Assembly: GCA_963668625.2 (NCBI GenBank)
Contig: CAXXKA010000006.1
Coordinates: forward strand, 256,001 to 320,000
Length of the DNA stretch: 64,000 bases
DNA from: an uncultured candidate division Zixibacteria bacterium
Lineage (GTDB): Bacteria > Zixibacteria > MSB-5A5 > UBA10806 > 4484-95
Direction of reading: 5' to 3'
Part shown: in pieces, positions 38,635 to 48,873 of the stretch
Numbering within the stretch: position 1 is the first letter of the stretch
How the letters are laid out: every line of letters begins with the position of its first letter
Program-made: the position numbers and the translations under genes
Notes under the pieces: generated by a model
Told to the model about the DNA's origin: nothing
The model's input: the letters and a program-made list of their open reading frames with translations, nothing else
Database searches by the model: none

Positions 38635-39579
38635 ATGAACAAGAAAACAGCCGTTGTTGCCCTGGGCGGTAACGCTATTACGGATAAGGACAGGGAAGAT
38701 ACGATCCCGAATCAGTTTATTAATACAGATATCAGCTTATCCGGAATTATTGGTTTGATAAAAGAACAATACAATCTGGTGCTTACTCACGGAAACGGCC
38801 CGCAGGTAGGAAACGCTGTTCTACGAGTGGAAGTTTCACGGGGCAAAGCGCCTGAATTGCCCGTATATATCTGTGTCGCCGATCTTCAGGGCGGAATGGG
38901 ATATATGATCGAGCAGGTTTTACATAACAGGATGGCTAAAGAGGGACTTTCCAGGGAAACAGCTACTATCGTTACCCAGGTTCAGGTCAGTCCGGATGAT
39001 CCTGACTTTCAGGATCCCACGAAATTCATCGGACAGTTTTATGAACTCGAGAAGGCCGAAGATTTGAAAAGAGAATTCGGCTGGACCATGAAACCGTATC
39101 CCGGGGACGGCCGTTTGAGACGGGTTATTGCCTCGCCCTGGCCAACTGCCATAGTCCAGAGAGATGTAATCAAAACGCTTGTCGATAAAGGCGTTATCGT
39201 TATTGCCTCGGGCGGCGGTGGAATACCGGTTATAAAACAGAACGGTGCGTTTATGGGTATCGATGCCGTGATCGACAAAGATCGGGCGGCCTCGGTAATG
39301 GCCAGTGATATAGGCGCGCAGCTTTTAATAATCCTGACTTCGGTGAAAAAAGTATCGCTGAATTTCAGCAAACCGAACCAGCAGGATTTGGATTCGATGA
39401 CTGTAGCAGAGGCTGAAAAATATCTAGCCGAGGGGCAGTTTCCTCCCGGAAGTATGGGGCCGAAAGTTGAAGCGGCGGTCAAATTCATCAAAAACGGCGG
39501 TGAGAAAGTCATAATCGGCTCGATCGAACAAGCATATGAGGCGGTTAAAGGCAACGCCGGTACGGTTATAGTACCTTAA
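38635..39579 (+). CDS. arcC: Carbamate kinase
   Basis: VVALGGNA, THGNGPQVG, DPTKFIG, RRVIASP, GGGGIPV, AVIDKD, GSMGPKV. Confidence 0.95.
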   Translation: MNKKTAVVALGGNAITDKDREDTIPNQFINTDISLSGIIGLIKEQYNLVLTHGNGPQVGNAVLRVEVSRGKAPELPVYICVADLQGGMGYMIEQVLHNRMAKEGLSRETATIVTQVQVSPDDPDFQDPTKFIGQFYELEKAEDLKREFGWTMKPYPGDGRLRRVIASPWPTAIVQRDVIKTLVDKGVIVIASGGGGIPVIKQNGAFMGIDAVIDKDRAASVMASDIGAQLLIILTSVKKVSLNFSKPNQQDLDSMTVAEAEKYLAEGQFPPGSMGPKVEAAVKFIKNGGEKVIIGSIEQAYEAVKGNAGTVIVP

Positions 39580-39604
39580 CAATCGGGAGCTTAGATTCAC
39601 GAAA

Positions 39605-40975
39605 TTGAATGCGGGAGAATTAACTCTCATTGAAGGCTTGATTAAAGCCATTGATATGGAGGGGGGTAAAATCTATGAGGTCGGCGGGCCCGTTCGTGAC
39701 AGGCTGCTTGGTGTAAAGCACTATAAAGATCTCGATCTGATAGTCTGTGGTTTACCTTTCCAGAGACTGCTCGAAATACTCAAAAAACATGGTGATATAA
39801 ACCTGGTCGGTCAGGCTTTCGGCGTGATAAAGTACAAGCCATACGATCAAAATATCACTATAGATATTTCACTGCCCCGAAAAGAGCTGTCCACCGGCTC
39901 GGGACATCGCGATTTCGAGGTCGATTTCGACCATGCGCTGCCTATCGAGGATGATCTGAAACGTCGCGATTTTACCATTAATGCCATGGCACGCGAATGT
40001 ATCGGCGGAGAGTTGCTCGATCCGTACGGCGGCCGAAAAGATTTGGATGCCAGGTTACTGCGGATAGTTTCGAAAAGCAGTTTTACTGATGACCCGCTGC
40101 GGATGTTGCGCGGAGTGCAGTTCACCGCTCGTTTCGAGTTGGAGGTGGAATCGGATACTTTACGGGCAATGACCGAACATGCTCATCTTATAGAAACGAT
40201 TTCCCCCGAGAGGATAGCCGAGGAGCTCAACAAGTTGCTGGAAAAAGCCGAAAAACCCTCAATTGGTTTCCACCTGATGAACAAAACCGGCCTGCTGAAA
40301 TGTATTTTGCCTGAGCTACAAGCTACGGTCGGTGTCGATCAGCCGGGCGGATATCATCGCTGGGATGTTTTCGAACATACACTTCATGTTATAGATGCAG
40401 CTCCACGGAATTTGTCAATCAGGCTTGCCGCCATGACACATGATATGGGGAAACCCCCTACCAAACAGCTCACAGAAACCGGAGCTTCGTTTTACGGACA
40501 CGATAAATTAAGTCAGAAATTTGCAGAAAATATTTTAAAACGCTTGCGTTATTCCAATACAACTATTAAACAGGTTAGTACATTAGTTGGTAAACACATG
40601 TTCTCGGAGGAGGCAGGCGATAAAGGCATAAGGCGATTGATCAATAAAGTCGGTATTGATTTGATTTTTGATTTGATCGCTTTGCGAAAAGCTGATACAA
40701 TAGGCCAGGGTATGGGCCAGACGATTGATAACGTAAATGAGTTCGAAACTCGGGTGAAAGATGAGATCGGTAAGCGTAACGCTTTCGGGCTTAAAGATTT
40801 AGAGATAAGCGGTGATGATCTGAAAAAGATTCACCATTTACCCGAGGGAAAGTTAATAGGCGAGTTGTTAAATTATCTTTTAGATAAAGTTCTGGATGAA
40901 CCCGCACTGAATACACGTAAAAAATTGTTAACGTTGAGTGCCGATTATTTAAATGAAAGGCAGCTTGACATTTGA
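39605..40975 (+). CDS. cca: CCA tRNA nucleotidyltransferase with HD domain
   Basis: VGGPVRDRLLG..DLDL, DLKRRDFTINAM, DDPLRMLR, HDMGKP. Confidence 0.85.
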   Translation: MNAGELTLIEGLIKAIDMEGGKIYEVGGPVRDRLLGVKHYKDLDLIVCGLPFQRLLEILKKHGDINLVGQAFGVIKYKPYDQNITIDISLPRKELSTGSGHRDFEVDFDHALPIEDDLKRRDFTINAMARECIGGELLDPYGGRKDLDARLLRIVSKSSFTDDPLRMLRGVQFTARFELEVESDTLRAMTEHAHLIETISPERIAEELNKLLEKAEKPSIGFHLMNKTGLLKCILPELQATVGVDQPGGYHRWDVFEHTLHVIDAAPRNLSIRLAAMTHDMGKPPTKQLTETGASFYGHDKLSQKFAENILKRLRYSNTTIKQVSTLVGKHMFSEEAGDKGIRRLINKVGIDLIFDLIALRKADTIGQGMGQTIDNVNEFETRVKDEIGKRNAFGLKDLEISGDDLKKIHHLPEGKLIGELLNYLLDKVLDEPALNTRKKLLTLSADYLNERQLDI

Positions 40976-41016
40976 GAATAATTTCACTTAATTAGCCTTC
41001 CAATAGGGAGGAGTCA

Positions 41017-42156
41017 ATGAAAATACACGAATACCAAGCTAAAGAGATTTTCGGGAAGTTCGGTTTACCTATTCCTAAAGGTGAGGTCGTAACTACTCCG
41101 GAAGCCGCTCGTGAAATCGCTGTACGTTACGAAAAACCTGTAATGGTTAAATCTCAGGTCCATGTCGGTGGACGTGGTAAAGCCGGCGGAATCAAGTATT
41201 GTGCCGAGCCCGATGATGCCTTCTTCGCCGCCCAGGAAATTCTGGGGATGGATATCAAGGGATTAATTGTCAAAAAGTTACTGGTGACCGAGGCGGTCGA
41301 TATCAAGCACGAGGCTTATATCGGCGTTATCCTCGATCGTGCCACCAAGAAGAACGTGATCATGGTTTCGCCGGCGGGCGGTGTCGATATCGAACAGGTA
41401 GCGGCCGAGACCCCGGAGAAGATCATGAAATACGCGGTCGATCCGATTATGGGTTTACGTTCGTACGAGGCCTTGAAACTGGCCATGTTCGTATATCCCG
41501 ATATCAAAATTGCCCGTCAAGCCGTAGGCATGATAAAGAAATTGTACAATGCCTTCGTACACAGTGATTCATCACTGGCTGAGATTAATCCGCTGGTTTT
41601 GGACGGCAACGACAAGCTTGTCGCTCTCGACGCAAAAATCAACCTTGATGACAACGGCTTATTCAAACATCCCGATTACGAAAACTACCGTGATCACGAT
41701 GCTGAGGATCCGGCCGAGCTCGAGGCTAAACGCAACGATTTATCGTTCGTCAAGCTGGAGGGCAATATCGGTTGTATCGTCAACGGCGCCGGACTGGCTA
41801 TGGCCACCATGGACCTGGTCAAGTATTTCGGCGGACAACCGGCGAACTTCCTCGATATCGGTGGCTCATCCAATCCCGATAAAGTAGTTGCCGCGATGCG
41901 TATCATTCTTGATGATCCTAATGTCGGCGTGATCCTGTTCAATATTTTCGGCGGTATCACTCGTTGTGATGATGTTGCCAACGGTATCGTCGCTGCGGTC
42001 GAAAAACTCAAACCGCGCGTACCGATTGTCGTACGTTTGACAGGAACCAACGAGGAAGAAGGTAAGAGAATCCTTCAGAAAATGGATTTCCCGGCTACTA
42101 ACGAGATGGATGAAGTGGTCAAGATGGCCATTAAAGAGATGGCTCCGGTAGCTTAG
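41017..42156 (+). CDS. sucC: Succinyl-CoA ligase beta subunit
   Basis: MKIHEYQAK, GGRGKAGG, AEINPL, NGAGLAMATMD, NIFGGITRCD. Confidence 0.96.
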   Translation: MKIHEYQAKEIFGKFGLPIPKGEVVTTPEAAREIAVRYEKPVMVKSQVHVGGRGKAGGIKYCAEPDDAFFAAQEILGMDIKGLIVKKLLVTEAVDIKHEAYIGVILDRATKKNVIMVSPAGGVDIEQVAAETPEKIMKYAVDPIMGLRSYEALKLAMFVYPDIKIARQAVGMIKKLYNAFVHSDSSLAEINPLVLDGNDKLVALDAKINLDDNGLFKHPDYENYRDHDAEDPAELEAKRNDLSFVKLEGNIGCIVNGAGLAMATMDLVKYFGGQPANFLDIGGSSNPDKVVAAMRIILDDPNVGVILFNIFGGITRCDDVANGIVAAVEKLKPRVPIVVRLTGTNEEEGKRILQKMDFPATNEMDEVVKMAIKEMAPVA

Positions 42157-42219
42157 CAAGTTTAACAAAAACGCGATGAAAATAAATCATCTGCAGATAA
42201 ATTAAAAAGAAGGTGTGTT

Positions 42220-43344
42220 ATGGCAATATTCGTTGATAAGAGAACCAAGCTGCTGGTTCAGGGTATTACCGGCCGCGATGGTTCCTTCCATACCGAGCAG
42301 ATGTTGAAATACGGGACCAAAGTTGTTGGCGGTGTTACACCCGGTAAGGGCGGCACCAAAGTTCTTGGCGTACCCGTGTTCGATAATATGAATGAGGCCG
42401 TTAAAGAAACAAAAGCAAATACCTCGATGATATTCGTTCCTCCGCCGTTCGCGGTCGATGCGATCTACGAGGCAGTTGATTCGGGTATTAAGCTTATCGT
42501 ATGTATCACCGAGGGCGTCCCTACCAGTGAGATGGCTGCTGTTTACAAATATGTTAAAGATAAAGGCGCTCGTTTGATGGGACCTAATTGCCCCGGTATT
42601 ATCTCTCCGGGAATGACCAAAGTCGGTATCCTGCCGGCCCAGATATTCAAAAAAGGCTCCATCGGTGTAGTTTCCCGCTCAGGCACCTTGACATACGAGG
42701 TAGTGTTCAACCTGACAATGAAAGGCCTGGGGCAGTCGACTACTATCGGCATTGGCGGAGATCCGATTATCGGTACGAATTTTATCGATACACTCGAAGC
42801 GTTCGAGAAAGATCCGGCCACCAAGGGTATCGTTATGATAGGCGAGATCGGCGGTTCGGATGAAGAAATGGCCGCTCAGTATATCAAGAAATACGTGACC
42901 AAACCGGTTGTCAGTTTCATAGCAGGTCGTACCGCTCCTCCCGGCAAGAGAATGGGCCATGCCGGCGCGATAATCTCGGGTTCCTCGGGTTTGGCCGCCG
43001 ATAAGGTTAAAGCCTTGAATGCAGTAGGTATCCCTGTCGCTGAAATTCCCTCGCAAATTGCCGATCTAATGATAGAGAGGTTGGCCGAGGCTAAAAAGAA
43101 ATCAGCGAAGAAAACGACCAAGAAAAAGGCGACCAAGAAGACAGCCAAGAAAGCAGCCAAGAAAACCGCTAAAAAAGCAGCCAAGAAAAAAGTAGCGAAA
43201 AAGAAAGTGACAAAGAAGAAAGTTGTTAAGAAAGTCGCCAAGAAGGTTGCCAAAAAAGTAGTGAAAAAGGTAACTAAGAAGGTTGCCAAGAAAAAGGTCG
43301 CCAAAAAGAAAGTCGCTAAGAAGAAAGTAGCAAAGAAAAGATAA
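42220..43344 (+). CDS. sucD: Succinyl-CoA ligase alpha subunit with 83-aa histone-H1-like C-terminal tail
   Basis: [37 protein letters not shown]; then KK-xx repeats. Confidence 0.95.
   Translation: MAIFVDKRTKLLVQGITGRDGSFHTEQMLKYGTKVVGGVTPGKGGTKVLGVPVFDNMNEAVKETKANTSMIFVPPPFAVDAIYEAVDSGIKLIVCITEGVPTSEMAAVYKYVKDKGARLMGPNCPGIISPGMTKVGILPAQIFKKGSIGVVSRSGTLTYEVVFNLTMKGLGQSTTIGIGGDPIIGTNFIDTLEAFEKDPATKGIVMIGEIGGSDEEMAAQYIKKYVTKPVVSFIAGRTAPPGKRMGHAGAIISGSSGLAADKVKALNAVGIPVAEIPSQIADLMIERLAEAKKKSAKKTTKKKATKKTAKKAAKKTAKKAAKKKVAKKKVTKKKVVKKVAKKVAKKVVKKVTKKVAKKKVAKKKVAKKKVAKKR
43093..43341 (+). repeat. Low-complexity Lys-rich coding repeat (KK[K]-xx)n in sucD
   Basis: 83 aa with 46 Lys; 18 spacer dipeptides (VA/TA/AA/VT/VV and similar). 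Confidence 0.95.
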
Positions 43345-43391
43345 AAGTGAATTAGGCCACAAATAAGTAAACAACTAGAAGAAGATAAAAA

Positions 43392-43622
43392 ATGGCTGAA
43401 GAACCGACAACCAAGAAACGCTATCAAACTAGACCCGACCCGGTTGTCATCTATAAAAAATGGTGTAAAGCTTGTGGCATATGTGTCGAGCTTTGCCCCA
43501 AGAAGGTGTTTGACACCGATAGAGATGGTTACCCGATAGTTGCTCGCGGGCTGGATTGTACACAATGCGCAATATGCTGGACTCATTGTCCTGATTTTGC
43601 CATAACATCGACGGAGAAATGA
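43392..43622 (+). CDS. korD: 2-oxoglutarate:ferredoxin oxidoreductase delta subunit
   Basis: WCKACGICVELCP...CTQCAICWTHCPDFAI. Confidence 0.88.
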   Translation: MAEEPTTKKRYQTRPDPVVIYKKWCKACGICVELCPKKVFDTDRDGYPIVARGLDCTQCAICWTHCPDFAITSTEK

Positions 43623-44770
43623 GCAGATTCATGAATGATTTAACTGGTCCGAATCTTATTCAAGGCAACCAGGCTTGCGCTTTAGGTGCATTAGCGGCCG
43701 GTTGTCGTTTTTTTGCGGGCTACCCTATTACGCCATCAACCGAGGTCGCTGAAATCATGGCTCTGGAGCTTCCGAAACGCGGCGGGCGATTTATCCAGAT
43801 GGAGGATGAGATCGCCTCGATCTCCGCGATTATCGGTGGCTCGATTGCCGGGGTTAAATCTATGACAGCAACCTCCGGTCCGGGTTATTCTTTGATGGTT
43901 GAAAACATCGGCTATGCTGCTATGGCCGAGGTGCCCGTTGTTATAGTTAACGTGATGCGTGGTGGACCGTCCACCGGTTTGCCGACTAAAGTAGGTCAGG
44001 CTGATGTCATGCAGGCCAGGTTCGGCCCGCACGGGGATTACTTCCCAATAGTAATTTGTCCGACATCGGTAAAGGATTGTTACGAAGCTACGATCAAGGC
44101 TTTTAACTTATCGGAAAAGTACCGCGTACCTGTTACGGTTTTATCCGATGAGGTTATCGGTCATATGCGCGAGATGATTCGCCTGCCTGACCCGTCAACG
44201 ATAGAACTGATCGAAAGAACCAAACCCAATGTGCCTCCGGAATGGTATAAACATTTCCAGATCACGCCCGATTTCACCTCACCTATGGCGAAATTCGGCG
44301 AGGGCTACAGGTTCCACACGACCGGCCTTACACATGATGAATCCGGTTTCCCGACCGCTAATAACGAAAAGATTTCCGCCAAGCTCGATAAGCTGAAACT
44401 CAAGATCGAACGTCACCTCGATGACATAGTCGAGGTAAACAAGTTCATGCTCGATGATGCTCATATCGTCGTGTTCGCTTATGGTTCGGTTTCGATGGCC
44501 GCCCGTCAGGCGGTAACGCTGGCTCGCAAGAAAAGATTTAAAGCCGGATTGTTCCAGCCTGTTACGTTATGGCCGTTCCCGGAAAAAGAGCTCAAAGAGG
44601 TACTCGATAAAGCCGATTTGGTGATCGTAGCCGAGCTCAACCAGGGACAGATGATACGCGAGGTACAGAGAATCGCCTCCAGCCGTACCAAAGTAGTAGG
44701 TTTGAACAGGTATGATGGCGAGCTGATGACCCCCGAGCAGATTGTCCAGAAAATAAAAGAGGAACATTAG
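43619..44770 (+). CDS. korA: 2-oxoglutarate:ferredoxin oxidoreductase alpha subunit
   Basis: FFAGYPITPSTE, QMEDE, TATSGPG, MRGGPSTGLPT; TCA operon context. Confidence 0.93.
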   Translation: MSRFMNDLTGPNLIQGNQACALGALAAGCRFFAGYPITPSTEVAEIMALELPKRGGRFIQMEDEIASISAIIGGSIAGVKSMTATSGPGYSLMVENIGYAAMAEVPVVIVNVMRGGPSTGLPTKVGQADVMQARFGPHGDYFPIVICPTSVKDCYEATIKAFNLSEKYRVPVTVLSDEVIGHMREMIRLPDPSTIELIERTKPNVPPEWYKHFQITPDFTSPMAKFGEGYRFHTTGLTHDESGFPTANNEKISAKLDKLKLKIERHLDDIVEVNKFMLDDAHIVVFAYGSVSMAARQAVTLARKKRFKAGLFQPVTLWPFPEKELKEVLDKADLVIVAELNQGQMIREVQRIASSRTKVVGLNRYDGELMTPEQIVQKIKEEH

Positions 44771-44772
44771 TC

Positions 44773-45657
44773 ATGCAGAAATCTGATGTTACACATAAAT
44801 ACCTTCGTCCGCGAATGGATTTCCCGAATGTCTGGTGTCCGGGGTGCGGTATCGGTATCGTTTTAGGCTCCCTGATCAGAGCCATCGATAAATTAGAAAT
44901 CCCCAAGGATGATATCGCTCTGGTGTCGGGTATCGGTTGTACGGCGAGGGTGCCGGCTTATGTCGATTTCAACACTCTCCATACCACGCACGGGCGATCT
45001 CTGGCGTTTGCAACCGGTGTTAAGCTGGGCAATCCGAGGTTGAAAGTTATCGTGATGTCCGGTGACGGCGATTTGCTGGCTATCGGCGGCAATCACTTTA
45101 TCCACGCCTGCCGAAGGAATATCGATATCACCGTGATCCTGGTAAATAATTACATCTATGGCATGACCGGAGGGCAATATTCGCCGACGACTCCGATCGG
45201 TAAAAAAGCTGCAACAGCACCGCATCTGACCATTGAGCAACCGTTCGATACCTGTAATTTGGCCATGAGTTCAGGGGCATCGTTTGTAGCTAGAAGTAGC
45301 GTATATCATGCGGCACAGCTTACCACCTTCATCGAAAAAGGCCTTCAGAAAAAAGGTTTTTCGGTTATCGAGGCGATGTCGAACTGTGAAACCCAGTACG
45401 GACGCGCCAACCGCGAGGGTACGGCCGTCAGGATGATTCAGAGTATGAAGGAACGCGGCATACCGGTTTCCAAAGCCTCCAAGATGACCGCCGAGGAGCT
45501 TGAAGGCAAATGGCCGATAGGCACGCTTCACGATATCGAACGTCCTGAATACGTAGAGCAATATCAAAAGATTATCGATAAATTCAATCCACCTGAGGAG
45601 GTCTCTCAACCAGAGAACAACAACCAGGAAGAAGAGCAGGCAAAAAAAGAATCTTAA
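44773..45657 (+). CDS. korB: 2-oxoglutarate:ferredoxin oxidoreductase beta subunit
   Basis: WCPGCG, SGIGC, HTTHGR, GDGD, YGMTGGQYSPT. Confidence 0.93.
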   Translation: MQKSDVTHKYLRPRMDFPNVWCPGCGIGIVLGSLIRAIDKLEIPKDDIALVSGIGCTARVPAYVDFNTLHTTHGRSLAFATGVKLGNPRLKVIVMSGDGDLLAIGGNHFIHACRRNIDITVILVNNYIYGMTGGQYSPTTPIGKKAATAPHLTIEQPFDTCNLAMSSGASFVARSSVYHAAQLTTFIEKGLQKKGFSVIEAMSNCETQYGRANREGTAVRMIQSMKERGIPVSKASKMTAEELEGKWPIGTLHDIERPEYVEQYQKIIDKFNPPEEVSQPENNNQEEEQAKKES

Positions 45658-45684
45658 CTTGATTTAATAGATAATGGTGCAGGG

Positions 45685-46257
45685 ATGACTAAAAATAAAG
45701 ATCAAGACAGATACGAGATAAGGTTATCCGGTTCAGGAGGGCAGGGTTTGGTGCTGGCCGGTGTAATGATTGCCGAGGCTGTCGGCGTGTACGAAGGTAA
45801 AAATGTGGCGCAAACCCAGAGTTACGGCCCCGAGGCCAGAGGTGGTACATCGAGATCGGATCTGGTGATCTCCACGGATGAGATCTACTATCCTAAAACA
45901 TCCAGCCTCGATCTTCTCCTGGCGCTTACGCAGGAGGCTGCTGATAAGTATTACACTCACTTGAAAGACACCGGTGTGATGATTGTCGACTCCGATACGG
46001 TTCGTCAATTGCCGCCGTTCAAACGAATTCACGCTTTGCCGTTCACCCAAACCGCGCGTACGGAAATCGGTACCACGATCGTTGCCAACGTGATCTCCGG
46101 CGCTGCGCTGGTGGTTATTTCGGGTATCTGCAAACCTGAATCGTTCATGAACGCTGTTTTAAATCGCGCCCCTAAAGGAACCGAGTTAAAAAACGAAAAA
46201 GCTTGTAAACTCGGATTCGAGATGGGGAAGAAAGCATTAAAAAATAAGGTTAAATAG
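45685..46257 (+). CDS. korC: 2-oxoglutarate:ferredoxin oxidoreductase gamma subunit
   Basis: EIRLSGSGGQG, TQSYGPEARGG. Confidence 0.92.
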   Translation: MTKNKDQDRYEIRLSGSGGQGLVLAGVMIAEAVGVYEGKNVAQTQSYGPEARGGTSRSDLVISTDEIYYPKTSSLDLLLALTQEAADKYYTHLKDTGVMIVDSDTVRQLPPFKRIHALPFTQTARTEIGTTIVANVISGAALVVISGICKPESFMNAVLNRAPKGTELKNEKACKLGFEMGKKALKNKVK

Positions 46258-46259
46258 TA

Positions 46260-46661
46260 ATGGGTCGTTCTCTTTTAATGATAAAGCCGGATGCGGTCGA
46301 GCGCAATTTGATCGGTGAGATAATTTCTCGCCTCGAGAAAGCTCGTTTTATCGTGGCCGCCTTAAAAATGGTTAAGCTTAGTTATGATGATGCCACTAAA
46401 TTCTATGCCGTCCACAAAGGCAAACCTTTCGTGGATGAGTTATGCAAGTTCATGTCATCCGGGCCGATCGTGGCTATGGTGTTAAAATCGGATGGCGATA
46501 CTGTTGCTAAAGTCCGCGAGTTGATTGGTGCTACTAATCCCGAAAAAGCCGCTGCCGGCACTATCAGACACGACCTGGCTGTAAGCCTGACAAAAAATTC
46601 CGTTCACGCGTCCGATTCCGATCAGAACGCTGAACAGGAAATAAGTTTTTTCTTTAGTTAA
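46260..46661 (+). CDS. ndk: Nucleoside diphosphate kinase
   Basis: MIKPDAVER, FMSSGP, GATNP..A..GTIR, NSVHASDS. Confidence 0.96.
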   Translation: MGRSLLMIKPDAVERNLIGEIISRLEKARFIVAALKMVKLSYDDATKFYAVHKGKPFVDELCKFMSSGPIVAMVLKSDGDTVAKVRELIGATNPEKAAAGTIRHDLAVSLTKNSVHASDSDQNAEQEISFFFS

Positions 46662-47902
46662 TGGAAATAAAGCTGCCATACGGCACCAGCTTCCAAAGTT
46701 TTAATACGGACGACTTATCGCCATCGGTGAAAATCGGTGGGCGCTATAAATGTGATTTTCCAGAGCCTTTAGACAAAAGCACTGTTGCCGCTAAAATAGT
46801 TAACGGTTTTCAATCGTTAGCTCATCTTTTTACCGATAAAAAAATCCTGACCGTGGTTAATGATGGCTACCGCCGCACCCCGACCTCTGATATATTACCT
46901 ATTATCTGGCAATATGTTAAGGATGGTGAATTTATAATTGCGACCGGGTCTCATCGAAAATCAACTGAGACCGAGCTTCAGGAGATATTCGGCGACCTTC
47001 TGGAAACTATCAGGTCTCGGCTTTACATTCACAACTGTTACGATAATTCCTCACTAGTACAGGTAGGAGTCACAAGCAGGCGAACCCCCGTGCTATATAA
47101 CAGTAAGGTGCTGGAGGCTGATGTAATACTGACTATCAACTCGGTTGAGCCGCACTTCTTTGCCGGTTACACGGGCGGGCGCAAATCACTGGTGCCCGGA
47201 TTAGCCGGTTTCGAGACAATACAAACAAACCATCGCCTGGCCAAGAAACTCGATTCGACATCAATGAACCTGGAAACCAATCCGCTTCATCTCGATTTGG
47301 AAGAAGCCACGCAACTTTTGGGCGATAAGCCCATATTAACTATACAGTGTGTAACGGATAGGGATGGCAATATCACGGATATTTTCTCGGGTGATCTTAG
47401 AATGGCTTTCCACCAGGCATGTGAATGCGCCGGTAAATTATACTCGGTTGAGGTTCCTCATAAATACGATATAGTAATCGCCGATTGCGATCCGCCCCTT
47501 GATGTTAACCTGTATCAGCTTCAAAAAGCACAGGAGCACGGCGGCAGGATGGTTAAAGACGGCGGCGTGCTTATCGTGATGGGAGCTTGCCGCGAGGGCG
47601 TCGGCTCGAAATATTTCATGGAATTGGCCGAAAAATACCCGAATCCCGAGATTGTGCTGAAAGAGGGTATCTATGATGACTCTTTCGGAATACACAAACT
47701 TGTTAAGACAGCTAGACAATTGGAAAAATTTCAAATCTTTTATGTTACAACTCTTGACGATTGGGAAGTCAAAAGAGTATATTTCAAGTCCTTCAAAGAT
47801 ATTACCGCCGCGATAAACTCGGCACTGAAGGATTTGCACGATGACATTGAAATCAGCATATTAGAGGATGCAGGCTATACGGTGCCTGTTATCAAAACTT
47901 AA
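46661..47902 (+). CDS. LarA-family nickel-pincer racemase/epimerase
   Basis: VNDGYRRTP, IATGSHR, EPHFFAGYTGGRKSLVPG, NH, NLYQLQK motifs of the LarA family. Confidence 0.85.
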   Translation: MEIKLPYGTSFQSFNTDDLSPSVKIGGRYKCDFPEPLDKSTVAAKIVNGFQSLAHLFTDKKILTVVNDGYRRTPTSDILPIIWQYVKDGEFIIATGSHRKSTETELQEIFGDLLETIRSRLYIHNCYDNSSLVQVGVTSRRTPVLYNSKVLEADVILTINSVEPHFFAGYTGGRKSLVPGLAGFETIQTNHRLAKKLDSTSMNLETNPLHLDLEEATQLLGDKPILTIQCVTDRDGNITDIFSGDLRMAFHQACECAGKLYSVEVPHKYDIVIADCDPPLDVNLYQLQKAQEHGGRMVKDGGVLIVMGACREGVGSKYFMELAEKYPNPEIVLKEGIYDDSFGIHKLVKTARQLEKFQIFYVTTLDDWEVKRVYFKSFKDITAAINSALKDLHDDIEISILEDAGYTVPVIKT

Positions 47903-47917
47903 AAAAAGGAGTTTCAA

Positions 47918-48844
47918 GTGAGGAAGAAAGTCTCCATTATTGGCGCTGGCCATGTTGGTGAACATTGTGCTATGTTCTTAGCGCAAATGAATATTTGCGA
48001 TATCACGGTTATCGATATTGTAGAGGATATGCCCCAGGGGAAATGTCTCGATTTATGCCAGGCCGGTCCGATTGTCGGTTACGACGGCAAAATCGAGGGT
48101 TCGAATGATATGGCCGCTATCGAGGGCTCCGAGATAATCGTGCACACCGCCGGTTTACCCCGTAAACCAGGTATGAGCCGCGAGGATTTGCTCAATAAGA
48201 ACGCCAGTATTATCGGCAGTATGGCCGAAGCCGCCAAGAAACACGCTCCAAACGCCATGATCCTCATGGTTGCCAATCCGCTGGATATCATGACTTACCA
48301 TGCCTGGAAAGTCTCCGGTTTCCCGACCAATCGCGTTTTCGGTCAGGCCGGTATTCTGGATTCGACCCGTTTCCGCACTTTCGTTGCCTGGGAACTGGGC
48401 GTTTCAATGAACGATGTGCAGGCTATGGTGCTCGGCGGTCACGGCGATACAATGGTACCGGTACCGTCTTATACCACAGTTAGCGGTATTCCGATTACCG
48501 AGTTACTCGACAAAGCTAAAATCGACGAACTCGCCCAGAGAACCCGTGTCGGTGGTGGCGAGATCGTAAAACTGCTCAAGACCGGTTCTGCTTATTATGC
48601 TCCGGCGGCGGCCTCAATCCAGATGGTCGATTCGGTGCTTAACGATCGCAAACGCATTCTCCCGCTTTCGGCTTATGTCGATGGCCCCTACGGGATCAAC
48701 GGTCAGTATATCGGTGTCCCGGCCGTACTCGGCGCCGGCGGTGTAGAGAAGATTATCGAGCTTAAACTTAATGAAGAGGATGCTAAAGCCTTACAAACTT
48801 CCGCTTCCAAGTACAAAGAAGTATTGGGCGAACTCGGTTATTAA
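47918..48844 (+). CDS. mdh: Malate dehydrogenase (LDH-like)
   Basis: IIGAGHVG, TAGLPRKPGMSREDL, LDSTRF, VLGGHGDTMVP, GSAYYAPA. Confidence 0.95.
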   Translation: MRKKVSIIGAGHVGEHCAMFLAQMNICDITVIDIVEDMPQGKCLDLCQAGPIVGYDGKIEGSNDMAAIEGSEIIVHTAGLPRKPGMSREDLLNKNASIIGSMAEAAKKHAPNAMILMVANPLDIMTYHAWKVSGFPTNRVFGQAGILDSTRFRTFVAWELGVSMNDVQAMVLGGHGDTMVPVPSYTTVSGIPITELLDKAKIDELAQRTRVGGGEIVKLLKTGSAYYAPAAASIQMVDSVLNDRKRILPLSAYVDGPYGINGQYIGVPAVLGAGGVEKIIELKLNEEDAKALQTSASKYKEVLGELGY

Positions 48845-48873
48845 TAGATAATTGTGTTATTTCCGGAGGCTAA

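Noticed and set aside
42876-43586. 236-aa minus-strand ORF rich in FFATFFLA repeats (similar ones at 50430..50741 and 38229..38465)
   Set aside because: Antisense shadow of the Lys-rich tails (AAG/AAA read as CTT/TTT); not a real membrane protein.
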